Source: Lytechinus pictus (Eukaryota). From it: a stretch of 64,000 nucleotides of DNA. A program made the translations under genes and the position numbers. The stretch spans positions 27,716,001 through 27,780,000 of the forward strand of contig NC_087245.1 of assembly GCF_037042905.1 (NCBI RefSeq). Reading direction: 5' to 3'. This document shows positions 49,901 to 57,898 of the stretch, piece by piece (positions within the stretch are counted from its first letter, which is position 1; each line of letters starts with the position of its first letter). The notes beneath the pieces are model-generated. The model was not told where the DNA came from and did not search any database. It worked only from the letters and a program-made list of their open reading frames with translations.

Positions 49901-52782
49901 CCAGTCAGCTATCCTTAATATGTGAGTTTGCTTTAAGTCCATTACTTCTTTATTCTTTTGGGTTACACTTCAAGTAAATCAAAGGTATTTTGAGACCTGA
50001 ATGTACTTGGGGAAAAAGTAAGCTAATGAATATCCAGTCAGCTGTTCTTGCTCTGACCACTATGTCCAAACAATGGTGAAAATCAATTGTATGATCAATT
50101 CTAGTTTTTGTATCAGTTTAGCATGAGTCTCTATTTACTAATTATGTAATTTTGCCTCCGACGAAGATTCTGCTAGGATCGAAAGCTTAGGCCCCTTTTT
50201 GACTTTCTAATTTACTCCATTGGCTCTCTTTTATTAGATAAGCAGTTTTCAGCAGCTTCTTTTTGCCATTACTTATGTAATAGTGAGACTGTCCAGTTTC
50301 TTTCATGATGCAATACCCTCCTTTTCAGATTGGTTGGCATGACCTGGCTTTCTTTGACTCAACCCTCTATGAGGGTCTACGCCAGCTACTCCTGGATGCA
50401 GAACGAGGTCACGCTGCAAGCATCGCTGCCATGGAGCTGACATTCTCCATCCAGCTGAGTAAGGAGGAAGGAGGTCAGACGGTCGATCTTATCCCAGGAG
50501 GGAGCAGGGTCAGCGTCAATACGGACAACATCTTCGAGTATGTCAGGCATTACGCAGAGTACAAGATGGTAACTGTGGCTCACAAGTGTCTCACGGTAAG
50601 TTTATCCTACAACTCAAATGGTTCAAAGATATTTGATCCTGCCACAATTCCTCCTGCTGAAAATATACATGTTAACCCTAGCCAGGCCAGGCTTTTTTTG
50701 TGTGTTAGCTGACCGTAATTTTCAGTAGCATATCACTTACTGTTATTTTTTGTATGAAGGAGAGCAGTGGTAAACTGACCACCTAGATTCGATATCAGGT
50801 GCTTGTTTCATGAAGAACTATGGAAACTATATCGTAAATGTGATTTGCTGCAGAGCCCTGTTACCATAATGACAAAGTTACCATAATTATCAGTCTTTAT
50901 GAAGCAGACCCCTGGCCAAATACCCTTGAGGAATGCATTTGTTCTTTCTCTACCAGTTGCATGTGGGAGAGGTGCTCACTCTATAGTGATGTCACAGTGT
51001 GGACAAGTTGCACAGGTTTCTGCCAGATGAACATTTCTCTATTGAAATAAAAAGAAAAGTGTGTCAAGAATATCGTATGAAACTTATCTTTCTTTGTTTC
51101 AATCTACTATCCGACCCCCACCCCACTCTCCATGCAGTCTATGAGGCAAGGACTGTTTGATGTCTTGCCACGTAATTCAATGGATGGCCTCACTGCTGAG
51201 GACTTCCGGTTACTGGTCAATGGATGCGGCCAAGTCAACGTCCAGATGTTGATCAGCTACACTACATTCAATGATGAGACAGGCAAGCTAGGTGAGTGCC
51301 CCCATCGCATTATCTCTTTTTTTCGGATTAAGACTCATAGTAGATGAAAAGTGATATTTTGTGTCCATATGAATCTACTACAATGCATAGCAAAGTTCAG
51401 GATTAAAAAAAAAATAAAGACCCTTTTATTTCCATCATGAAATTTTCAAAGAATCATTGGCCATTCCTGGCAGAATTCACTGTGTCCTATAATCATAATT
51501 ACCATGGATTTATTTCAATACAGAGCAATATATCCTCTAGGTATAAAGTGGACTAAAGCTCCTATTTTTCTTTTTTTTAATCCTTAGGTGATGGTCACAG
51601 TAATGAAGGCAATGACAAGCTGTCTACCTTCAAACTATGGTTCTGGAGTATTGTAGAAAAGATGTCAACTCAACAAAAACAAGATTTGGTGAGTAAACAT
51701 GGAGACACTTATCCACCGGTTTCCATTGCTAAGAAGACATTCTACTTTATCCCCTCTTCACCCTGGGGGATTTTTCACATTGTACAAACCTGCCAACCTA
51801 TACGATTTAGTTGTATTTGTTAAGCTTTTTGAGGTGGAAGAGTGTTCAAATTGTTAAATATTGGACGGAAAAATAGCACTGATTCACTTTGAGCACACTG
51901 TAGCAGTGCAGTACACACTTACATATGCACGTGCCATCATGTGAAAATTCTATTTAGCACGTAGAGATCGTAGAGATCTTGAAGCACGCCCGGGGGCTGG
52001 GAATTACAGGAACCATACACACCCACATACCACACTCAAATCCATTATCAAATCAAGGCAAACCGGAAGTTGCAGTTGTCTTTAAATACATGTATGTACA
52101 AAATCAATGCAGTTGACTTTTTCCCTAGTTTATTTTTTGCTTTGTCATGTTGAAGATACAATCAAATAGTTTTAGAAATACCTCCTACTTTGCTATTTGA
52201 TCTCTGATGATTATCGCTTCTCTGGTAAAAATATGATTAGTCACATGAAGCCCTCTTGACCACTTTATGAGCAACAAATTTTCAAGAAGGGATATAACAA
52301 GTCTATATTTGGTTATTCTCTTCGATATTCCATTGTTATTCTTACAGAATTCAGTGATTATACTTTTATATGTATATTGCATATTTAGTGTAATGATAAC
52401 ATCAGACATTTAGGTGTACACAAAATATAAGTTTTATAGCTGCTAATATTTAACATCAATATGTGATACCTTGTACACCCCCACCCCCCCCCCCACCCCC
52501 AGTGAAAACCTTTCTCAGTTGATATCAGTGTAACTTTGAATATTTTTGTTCTTTTCTCAAACCTTACAGGTGTATTTTTGGACCTCCAGCCCCAGTCTAC
52601 CAGCTAGCGCAGAAGGTTTCCAGCCCCTCCCTACCATCACAGTACGCCCACCCGATGATAACCACCTCCCAACCGCCAACACCTGCATCAGCCGTCTGTA
52701 CATCCCACTCTACAGCTCAAAGGCTATCCTCAAGAAGAAGCTGTTACTTGCTATTAAGACCAAGGCCTTTGGTTTCGTCTAG
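1863..52782 (+). CDS. UBR5: E3 ubiquitin-protein ligase UBR5 (EDD/hyd) ortholog, 50 coding exons in window, 5'-partial (first coding exon upstream of window)
   Basis: The spliced translation gives hallmark UBR5 motifs: [20 protein letters not shown] ([45 protein letters not shown]), UBR box ([39 protein letters not shown]), MLLE (ITGMLLE) and HECT end ([27 protein letters not shown]). All introns are GT-AG and exon phases are consistent throughout. Confidence 0.97.
1933..2131. mobile_element. Short hAT-like MITE
   Basis: cagggct...agccctg termini. Confidence 0.4.
2805..2886 (+). CDS. UBR5: UBR5 exon (..[11 protein letters not shown])
   Basis: acag|...|gtaag; conserved motif. Confidence 0.92.
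3045..3545. repeat. Degenerate (GAT/TGA)n microsatellite
   Basis: Long gatgat/ggt low-complexity run in an intron; source of spurious ORFs. Confidence 0.9.
3583..3665 (+). CDS. UBR5: UBR5 exon ([15 protein letters not shown]..)
   Basis: atag|...|gtaag; conserved motif. Confidence 0.92.
4045..4179 (+). CDS. UBR5: UBR5 exon (Ser-rich; NAGNAG acceptor, alternative start 4048)
   Basis: tagcag acceptor, gtgag donor, phase 2-2 open frame. Confidence 0.8.
4602..4839 (+). CDS. UBR5: UBR5 exon (UBA domain start)
   Basis: [28 protein letters not shown]; atag|..|gtaagt. Confidence 0.93.
5341..5575 (+). CDS. UBR5: UBR5 exon ([18 protein letters not shown]..)
   Basis: Conserved motif; atag|..|gtaac. 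Confidence 0.92.
5643..5687 (+). CDS. UBR5: UBR5 small symmetric exon ([15 protein letters not shown])
   Basis: ttatag|..|gtacaa; 45 nt, phase 1-1, open frame. Confidence 0.65.
5840..6792 (+). mobile_element. Non-autonomous Helentron/HINE-like element, copy 1
   Basis: Subterminal IR gtctcacctgcat / atgcaggtgagac, (GGC)n, ~160-190 bp internal repeats, ends cttgt in a T-run; near-identical to 18708-19662. Confidence 0.75.
6822..7036 (+). CDS. UBR5: UBR5 exon ([26 protein letters not shown])
   Basis: Conserved RERRW and GEDLxWW motifs. Confidence 0.88.
7983..8105 (+). CDS. UBR5: UBR5 exon (..[16 protein letters not shown]..)
   Basis: Conserved motif; GT-AG. Confidence 0.92.
8865..8975 (+). 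CDS. UBR5: UBR5 exon ([10 protein letters not shown]..)
   Basis: Conserved motif; GT-AG. Confidence 0.9.
9120..9500. mobile_element. Degenerate palindromic MITE with ttggtcta/tagaccaa subterminal repeats
   Basis: Left half repeats ttggtcta; right half repeats its reverse complement. Confidence 0.5.
9871..10028 (+). CDS. UBR5: UBR5 exon ([15 protein letters not shown]..)
   Basis: Conserved motif; GT-AG. Confidence 0.92.
10707..11476. mobile_element. piggyBac-like MITE
   Basis: TTAA|ccctaactctcccggg ... cccgggagaattaggg|TTAA, with G/C-run subterminal palindromes. Confidence 0.85.
11551..11662 (+). CDS. UBR5: UBR5 exon (WGVLP..KVLEKAR..GTQ)
   Basis: Conserved motif; GT-AG. Confidence 0.92.
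12271..12658 (+). CDS. UBR5: UBR5 exon ([23 protein letters not shown])
   Basis: Conserved motif; GT-AG. Confidence 0.93.
13712..13870. mobile_element. Short Harbinger-like MITE (family also near 8640-8811, 20308-20447, 29300-29449, 34422-34574, 38858-39010, 50798-50914)
   Basis: TIR ggggcgtttcat / atgaaacgctcccc; related cgtttcataaag..tttatgaaac ends recur across the window. Confidence 0.65.
13923..14053 (+). CDS. UBR5: UBR5 exon (..[17 protein letters not shown])
   Basis: Conserved motif; GT-AG. Confidence 0.92.
14623..14919 (+). repeat. 137-bp tandem duplication (period 160) with a hairpin at the junction
   Basis: 14623-14759 vs 14783-14919, two mismatches seen. Confidence 0.9.
15505..15621 (+). 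CDS. UBR5: UBR5 exon ([23 protein letters not shown])
   Basis: Conserved motif; GT-AG. Confidence 0.93.
16041..16152 (+). CDS. UBR5: UBR5 exon (..[14 protein letters not shown]..)
   Basis: Conserved motif; GT-AG. Confidence 0.92.
16726..16880 (+). CDS. UBR5: UBR5 exon (GVHVLVK..FPTD..)
   Basis: Conserved motif; GT-AG. Confidence 0.9.
17037..17174. mobile_element. Palindromic non-autonomous element remnant
   Basis: gttaca..tgcttgttc..atatctacgttctgg mirrored by ccagaacgtagatat..gaacaagcatgtaac. Confidence 0.55.
18445..18642 (+). CDS. UBR5: UBR5 exon (..[24 protein letters not shown]..)
   Basis: Conserved motif; GT-AG. Confidence 0.93.
18708..19662 (+). mobile_element. Non-autonomous Helentron/HINE-like element, copy 2
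   Basis: Near-identical to copy 1; inserted in a T-run. Confidence 0.75.
19974..20055 (+). CDS. UBR5: UBR5 exon ([15 protein letters not shown]..)
   Basis: Conserved motif; GT-AG. Confidence 0.9.
20879..21007 (+). CDS. UBR5: UBR5 exon (..[17 protein letters not shown]..)
   Basis: Conserved motif; GT-AG. Confidence 0.9.
21210..25234. mobile_element. 4-kb foldback (long-TIR) transposon, non-coding, GATGCA flanking duplication
   Basis: GATGCA|tatgaggcgccgaatg ... cattcggcgcctcata|GATGCA; ~1.9-kb arms with an outer 31-bp tandem array. Confidence 0.9.
25450..25582 (+). CDS. UBR5: UBR5 exon
   Basis: aacag|..|gtaagt; phase 1-2 open frame. Confidence 0.85.
25788..26180 (+). pseudogene. RTE-clade LINE remnant (C-terminal of RT)
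   Basis: Decayed frames read [19 protein letters not shown].. and RCRLR*YG, like the RTE KGKVY..MLYG.ETW..RLRWYGH region. Confidence 0.6.
26393..26562 (+). CDS. UBR5: UBR5 exon (..[11 protein letters not shown]..)
   Basis: Phase-consistent; SWxPxP motif. Confidence 0.82.
27130..27352 (+). CDS. UBR5: UBR5 exon (..[18 protein letters not shown])
   Basis: Conserved motif; GT-AG. Confidence 0.9.
27770..28076 (+). CDS. UBR5: UBR5 exon ([33 protein letters not shown])
   Basis: Start of UBR box. Confidence 0.94.
28110..28260 (+). mobile_element. tRNA-derived SINE (decayed)
   Basis: Box A tggcctagtgg, box B ggttcaaatgcc, then body gctgcactcaacccaggtga..tggatacc. Confidence 0.6.
28747..28838 (+). 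CDS. UBR5: UBR5 exon (UBR-box zinc finger)
   Basis: [30 protein letters not shown]. Confidence 0.95.
29749..29895 (+). CDS. UBR5: UBR5 exon ([16 protein letters not shown]..)
   Basis: End of UBR box. Confidence 0.95.
30376..30482 (+). CDS. UBR5: UBR5 exon ([15 protein letters not shown]..)
   Basis: Conserved motif; GT-AG. Confidence 0.92.
30886..31009 (+). CDS. UBR5: UBR5 exon ([12 protein letters not shown]..)
   Basis: Conserved motif; GT-AG. Confidence 0.93.
31233..31835 (+). mobile_element. Diverged, shorter relative of the HINE-like element
   Basis: atctcgcctgc..ataggcaccgcttt start; aggtcaaaggtca repeats; atgcaggtgaga..attccacttgt end. Confidence 0.65.
31937..32060 (+). CDS. UBR5: UBR5 exon (..[18 protein letters not shown]..)
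   Basis: Conserved motif; GT-AG. Confidence 0.92.
32651..32808 (+). CDS. UBR5: UBR5 exon ([27 protein letters not shown]..)
   Basis: Conserved motif; GT-AG. Confidence 0.92.
33280..33445 (+). CDS. UBR5: UBR5 exon (..[17 protein letters not shown]..)
   Basis: Conserved motif; GT-AG. Confidence 0.93.
33898..34077 (+). CDS. UBR5: UBR5 exon ([12 protein letters not shown]..)
   Basis: Conserved motif; GT-AG. Confidence 0.9.
34635..34758 (+). CDS. UBR5: UBR5 exon (IDMVEGD..)
   Basis: Phase-consistent GT-AG. Confidence 0.85.
34770..35190. mobile_element. Fully palindromic MITE (Harbinger-like GGCC termini)
   Basis: ggcccgaattcacaaag ... ctttgtgaattcgggcc; arms pair to the centre. Confidence 0.8.
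35527..36325 (-). pseudogene. hAT (ZBED-like) transposase remnant with an intron at 35711-36022
   Basis: SHTADNL, VTDNTAN, CFANTL (CxxH lost); after a GT-AG intron, [14 protein letters not shown]; then a frameshift. Confidence 0.8.
37340..37538 (-). mobile_element. hAT-like terminus, probably belonging to the transposase remnant
   Basis: TAGTGCTGTTATCGATAACC on - strand with repeated tatcga subterminal motifs. Confidence 0.5.
37716..37865 (+). CDS. UBR5: UBR5 exon ([22 protein letters not shown]..)
   Basis: Conserved motif; GT-AG. Confidence 0.92.
38199..38400 (+). CDS. UBR5: UBR5 exon (..FFSEDESS.. acidic)
   Basis: Conserved FFSED motif; GT-AG. Confidence 0.9.
39093..39226 (+). CDS. UBR5: UBR5 exon (..PLQWAFRN..)
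   Basis: QWAxRN motif; GT-AG. Confidence 0.88.
40363..40616 (+). CDS. UBR5: UBR5 exon ([23 protein letters not shown]; alternative in-frame acceptor 40372)
   Basis: Conserved motif; GT-AG. Confidence 0.9.
41119..42459. mobile_element. Tc1/mariner-like non-autonomous element, long TIRs, TA TSD
   Basis: TA|cagtgcgtataaaaaaaaacgggacagatttg ... caaatctgtcccgtttttttttatacgcactg|TA. Confidence 0.85.
42796..43543 (+). CDS. UBR5: UBR5 exon ([38 protein letters not shown])
   Basis: Conserved motifs; GT-AG. Confidence 0.95.
43998..44261 (+). CDS. UBR5: UBR5 exon (LEILPTQMS.. acidic)
   Basis: Phase 1-1; LExLPTxMS motif. Confidence 0.88.
44710..45568 (+). CDS. UBR5: UBR5 exon (large Ser/Gly-rich disordered segment)
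   Basis: 859-nt open frame, phase-consistent GT-AG. Confidence 0.85.
45759..45969 (+). CDS. UBR5: UBR5 exon ([34 protein letters not shown])
   Basis: Conserved motif; GT-AG. Confidence 0.95.
46596..46851 (+). CDS. UBR5: UBR5 exon (HECT N-lobe: [24 protein letters not shown])
   Basis: Conserved HECT motif. Confidence 0.95.
47114..47364 (+). CDS. UBR5: UBR5 exon (..[15 protein letters not shown] start)
   Basis: MLLE helix motif. Confidence 0.93.
47998..48128 (+). CDS. UBR5: UBR5 exon ([17 protein letters not shown]..)
   Basis: ITGMLLE signature. Confidence 0.94.
48800..49045 (+). CDS. UBR5: UBR5 exon (..[23 protein letters not shown])
   Basis: Conserved HECT motif. Confidence 0.93.
49615..49699 (+). 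CDS. UBR5: UBR5 exon ([13 protein letters not shown]..)
   Basis: Conserved HECT motif. Confidence 0.94.
50154..50192 (+). ncRNA. Minimal type-I hammerhead ribozyme-like motif (Penelope-like)
   Basis: gcct-CCGACGA-a-gattct(gct)aggatc-GAAA-gc-TT-aggc. Confidence 0.55.
50329..50595 (+). CDS. UBR5: UBR5 exon ([16 protein letters not shown]..)
   Basis: Conserved HECT motif. Confidence 0.94.
51138..51291 (+). CDS. UBR5: UBR5 exon ([24 protein letters not shown]..)
   Basis: Conserved HECT motif; possible alternative GC donor after 51282. Confidence 0.92.
51588..51688 (+). CDS. UBR5: UBR5 exon (..[16 protein letters not shown])
   Basis: HECT C-lobe motif. Confidence 0.93.
52570..52782 (+). CDS. 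UBR5: UBR5 last coding exon (HECT catalytic Cys in LPTANTC; ends KTKAFGFV*)
   Basis: Conserved motif; TAG at 52780-52782. Confidence 0.96.
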   Translation: MYFWTSSPSLPASAEGFQPLPTITVRPPDDNHLPTANTCISRLYIPLYSSKAILKKKLLLAIKTKAFGFV

Positions 52783-53310
52783 ATCCTTAAGGATGCCCTA
52801 TGCTGTGAAGTCTCCCTTTGAATAATCAGAGCCTTGCTCTTAGAGCCTTTGATTTTTGCCTTTATGAACCCAAAGAAGCTGTTATTTGCTTTCAAAACCA
52901 AGGTGTTTGGTTTTGTTTAGGATGCCTACATTTTGAAGTCACCCTTTGGATAATCAGAGCCTTGCTCTTGAAGCATTTGATTTTGGTCTTATGAAACTGA
53001 AGAAACTGATACTTGCTATCAGGATCATTGCGTTTGGTTTCGTCTAGATCCTGTGGGATGCCTTATGATGTGAAGTCGCCCTTTGAATACTCAGAGCCTT
53101 GCTCTGGAAGCATTTGATTTTAGTCTTATGAAAACCTGAAGAAGTAGTCACTTGCTATCAGGACAGAGGCCTTTTTGGTTTTGTGTAGATCCTTTAAGAT
53201 AGCCTATGCTAGGAAGCTCAGAGATACGCTCTTGAAGCATTTGATTTTAGTCTAATAAATTTATGAACCTGCAGGAGAAGCTTTTAATTGCTAACAAAAT
53301 CCAGGGCTAG
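52732..53310 (+). repeat. Diverged tandem repeat (~130-140 bp unit, about 4.5 copies) of the UBR5 terminal codons plus proximal 3' UTR
   Basis: Recurring aagaa(g/a)ctg.ta.ttgct...tttggttt.gt.tag and tcagagccttgctct blocks. Confidence 0.9.
53254..53259 (+). promoter_or_regulatory. Candidate polyadenylation signal AATAAA
   Basis: First AATAAA after the UBR5 stop; use not demonstrated. Confidence 0.3.
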
Positions 53311-56300
53311 TGACATTGTGACGACCTGTAAGGTGTCTGAGGTTGTTTAATGGCTCTTTGAACAACCGTAGCCCTCCTTTACCAGCATTATGACCGTCTT
53401 ATTCCATCATAATCTGTCTGCTTCTACAAAGCCCTGGAGGAAAGGACTCATCTAGACCAATGCCAGACATGCTGTCTCATGCCTTAGGTGTTAGGGACTT
53501 GTGCTCATCCCCCAAATATCTTTCTCATACCTGTATCACAGCCTAACCTCATATATACATTATACACAATCCTGGTGATCTCTCATGCCTAGTTACGATT
53601 CCATGCCTAATACCTTTACGCATCAATGGTCTTTGAACTCAGCATGTCTGCAGTGCGAGCAATGTGCCTAGATCTTTAAGTACCATCTTTACTCTGACAT
53701 ATATATATATATTACCCCATCAGAAGCCTAGCTATTTTGGTTTGTCAAAATTGTTCTTTAAGAAAGTGATGCTACGCCTACTATTCCTAAGAGGCTGATT
53801 GAGATTCAGTTATCAAGAACAAGATCTAAATTGCTTATCTATTTTCTGCTAGCCTATGTAAACCATTTTAGAAAAATCTGTCAGGCCCATTACTGGCATG
53901 AGTGTAGTCCTGAGATAGTGGTCTGATTCTTTCCTCAAAAACACAGATGTCATGAATATTCCCTTCGGTAAGCATCGGACGTGGGCATTTTATCTTGCCT
54001 CTTGCTTCCGGCTCTTGTACTGACCAAGAATGCTACATGTATTGTACACTTGTTCAGGATTACCGTAGGAGAGCATCGTTCAAGATGAATTTGAGGATGA
54101 AGATGCATTGGTGATGAATTACTGAGAGCAATGAGAACAATCCTCGACTTCATGGCATGTCCTATGCTTCATCCGGTTTTTAGTTCTAAAACTCCTGACT
54201 ACTGAATTTTTAAATTCACATAGGCTACATGTACGTACAGGGACTTCCCTGTTTCAATAGCCAATGGGTTGATACTGTATGCTAGTCAATAACATCTTTA
54301 GACCGGCATGTCAATAACATCTTTAGATTGAAATTTCTTCAGTAAGAACATCGCAACTTCATGCTGATGAGGATGAAGATGCTGGTGTGAATGAACATTG
54401 ATTGGTTCCAACTAACACCTGTACATGAACCATTATTGCCACTAGTGTCATGGCTTTCGGCGCACCAAGCCAATCTGCAGCCTTGCTCCAGTTGGGGAAT
54501 TTACCTTTACAAGTTCATCTGATCCCTATGCATGCATGGGGTATCTTTGGGATACCCCATTTCATTGATTCAGTATTCAAATTCAACTCGAGATTCAGTT
54601 CATCCATTGTGCAAGGTTGATATGCTATCGCTAATCTAGCAATGAGTGTGAGTGTGCTCTGCGGAATGTACTACAGAAGAAAGTGAAAGCGTGTGTCCTC
54701 GTAAACTTTGTTCTTTGATATGGAGTACTGTTCATGCATCAAAATTAGATGGTGTAGCAAAGCAAGATAGATGAACATGAGCTTGGAAGTGTAGTTTGGG
54801 AAGGATGGTGGGGTAGAAATCTGTGGATGATCAAAAGAGGACACTGACAAGTAGAGCTAGAGTTGAAGGAAATTTACAATGTTTTGTCTTTGAGTTAAGA
54901 TGCAGTAGAAATTGTTGAATATTACAAAGATGCAAAATAACTTGAGTCATGTAGACAAGATGTCTGTATCTCGTATGGTTCTGAATTACCTTGTTTTTTT
55001 TTTTAAATATATTTTAAATGGCACTGATTTTTGTTGTGCTTATTTTATGTAATGAGCGGACAGCTCAAAATTATGTTTTCTTTTATTTTTTTATTTTTAT
55101 TTCAATCCAGGACCCCTTTGCATTAAATTGAAGTTACTATTAGTGTAACTATGCCATCCAGTGGTCTCCTTCATCCTTCATTTTGATTGTCTGCTGGGTA
55201 TTGTAACCATGGTAGTTAACGTTGGATGATATTTACGGTAGTAGTAATTTTTATACAATGGAGCCTAGACCTTCCTTGATGAGGTAATTGTAAAATTGGA
55301 CAGACATTAAAAAGCTTTGATCAGCATTACTATCAAATATGTATCAGATTCAAGTCATTTTGATCCCAGCAGGAATTCAGAGTGACCAGTATGATGCAAA
55401 TATGGAAATATGTAACAAGTATAATTTGAATATACCGGTATTGATAATGTAGGAATGGCCCAGATAACCAAAAATACTATCCCTGTGTGTTAATTCCATA
55501 TATGTGATTGCGAGCAATTTGCATACATGTAGTTGGTGTTAGAGAGGACATGTTACGGATCTGTTGATATTTGATTATGATTAGCGAGATTGTGCAAGAT
55601 TCGTTGGTATTAAAAAGTAATAATAATGTACTGTGAAATCATTCATGTGTGAGCATGTGTTTGTGCTTGTCTGGGCCAATGATATGTAAGACTTGATTGG
55701 CAAGTGTAACAATATTTCAAATCATGGAAAGTTTGTTTTGCTCCAAATGTCTCTTAATTTTCTTTACATGTTTTTAATGTATGGCCAGTTTGAGCTTTTA
55801 TATACAAATTTCTTTTCTCCCGCAAGCTGTGTACCATACTTTTTATTTTCCACTGCACTCCTACATTCTGCAGTATAGTGACAAAGAAAGAAAGAAATTT
55901 GATGTTTTATTTAAAACTGCATTTCATGTCAGAAAAAAAGAATATGTTGTAAAAAAAAAGTGCTGTAGTAAGAGTAGATAGACTAGAACTAAGTAGTTTA
56001 GATTTGATGCAGAGTTGATGTAGCCACTGTCAAGATTAAGAAAGATTCAATGGAACAGATTAAAGGCAACTTTAACACCTCAAAAATGTGTTTATTTTGC
56101 TTTACTTTGTACGTGAAGGCCATCTAGAGAGGTTAGATTGATTTGGTAGAGAACCTGAAAATTTCAGTGTGTATGTGATATGTACAGCGGTAAGAGAGCG
56201 GGCTTATTTGTAGTCTTTGGCTGTACAGTATAGTTGATTCCTTGCTTTGGCGCTATATCATGGATACAGACGGCCAGTGTCCCCGCTGTCGAGCAAGCTA

Positions 56301-56847
56301 CATGTACCGCAGGTCGCGCAAATTATGGAACACCCTTTTAGAGTGTGGCAAAGGAATTTTTCCCTTTTTTCACATTGTTAAGTAGTGAGGGGCCAATGCC
56401 TGTATATTGATGACATTTATTCGAAATACCTCAGAAATGGTTAAATGCACGTAAAACAAACATTGAATCTCATGTGTCGGTATGAATACAAAGAATCATT
56501 CAATTGTGAAAACCCAATGAGATTTCAGTTCATGTAATTACATGTAGGAGTGTGATCCAAAGCATCATATACTTTTAGTATTGATATGTTATCATTTAAA
56601 AATATTCATCAGTCAACGTGAGTGGAAATACCAAATGTCTCAAATTGGTATTTTCATTATGTCAAACAATCTTATCTTAATTACACTTTTGGGGCAAATG
56701 TGAAAATGTAGAATGATTTTTTGTCAATGGACAGCGGGATTTAAACCTCGTGGCTTACAGACATGCTTATTCACTGGTTCAGAGAGAGAGGGGGGGGGGG
56801 GGAGAAAAGAGACAGAGAAGATGAGAAGGAATGTTTCACCACTTTAA

Positions 56848-57898
56848 CCCTAATACTCCGGGGGGGGGGGGGGGCATTTTGTTCCCTCCCCCTGTAGAAT
56901 TTCTTTCGGTACATGTAGATTTTTTAGATTTTATTTCCGTTCAACGATTTTTTCAAAATATAATCAAAGTAACAATACATATTCAATATAATCGATAATA
57001 CAGACAAATCAATGAAATTTCGTAACAAATGTTGAATATAAATTAAACAAAACTACAATTTGTTGCAGTAATATTATCAATGAAAAGAAACAAGAAATGA
57101 ACGGAGGGACTTGCCTAACGCCTCAATTTTTCGAAACAAAATTTCATTACTTTTTTTTCTGATCCTTCCTGCACATTTTGATACCACATTTAAGGCAATA
57201 GGACCTACCGTCCGGGTGTCAGATTACATGTACCTTTACTGAACACATGTCACAGAAATTTTGCTATTTCTCTATATGACTGTGCATAACCCTATGGACA
57301 AAATCAGGAGCTTTTCCAATTTATGTAAATACTTTTCTAGTGTCATCATTATTTCAAATAGTGTAAATATTTACCACACCCTCACACACACCCACATACT
57401 ATTTTTTGTTTAGCTTGAAGATACAGTGGTACATAAAGAAACTGCAATGTTTGATACAAAGTATTTTTGAGCAATATAAAAAGAAATGTGGTAGTAATTT
57501 TGTTGAATAGCAAAGAATGCTCGAGGAAAAACAAAGAAATGCATAATAAAATTGAAAAACAATAAAATACATATAAATAATTAACACAACCTATCTTTCT
57601 TTCTGGAATTGATTAGGGAGTTATGAAAGATATTTGTACCAAAAATTACTATTTCTGGGGCTTTATTAAGTGAGAAATACAAATATCTATGATTTCTCTC
57701 ATAAATTAGCATTAATTACATGTAATAAAAAAAAAAAAACTTTCATAAATTTAGCTGTAGAACGTTGTAGATTACATAATTCTTGACCCTTGTGCAAAAT
57801 TTTGAGACAATCTGGCGACCCATGGCCGAGATCTCAAGGGGGGGGGGGGGGCCTTCCCGGTAATAACAAGCTTTGAAATACCCTGGGAGTATTTAGGG
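56848..57898. mobile_element. piggyBac-like MITE (diverged)
   Basis: TTAA|ccctaatactcc ... ggagtatttaggg|ttag, with G-runs. Confidence 0.65.

Noticed and set aside
49862..50049. ~55-bp diverged direct repeat (similar small duplications at 25629/25700 and near 54286/54310)
   Set aside because: Ordinary local intronic or UTR duplications with no further structure.
52780..52821. Stop-codon readthrough into the duplicated tail
   Set aside because: Copy 2 is in frame, but an in-frame TGA lies 13 codons after the TAG, and the context TAG-ATC is not a known readthrough motif.
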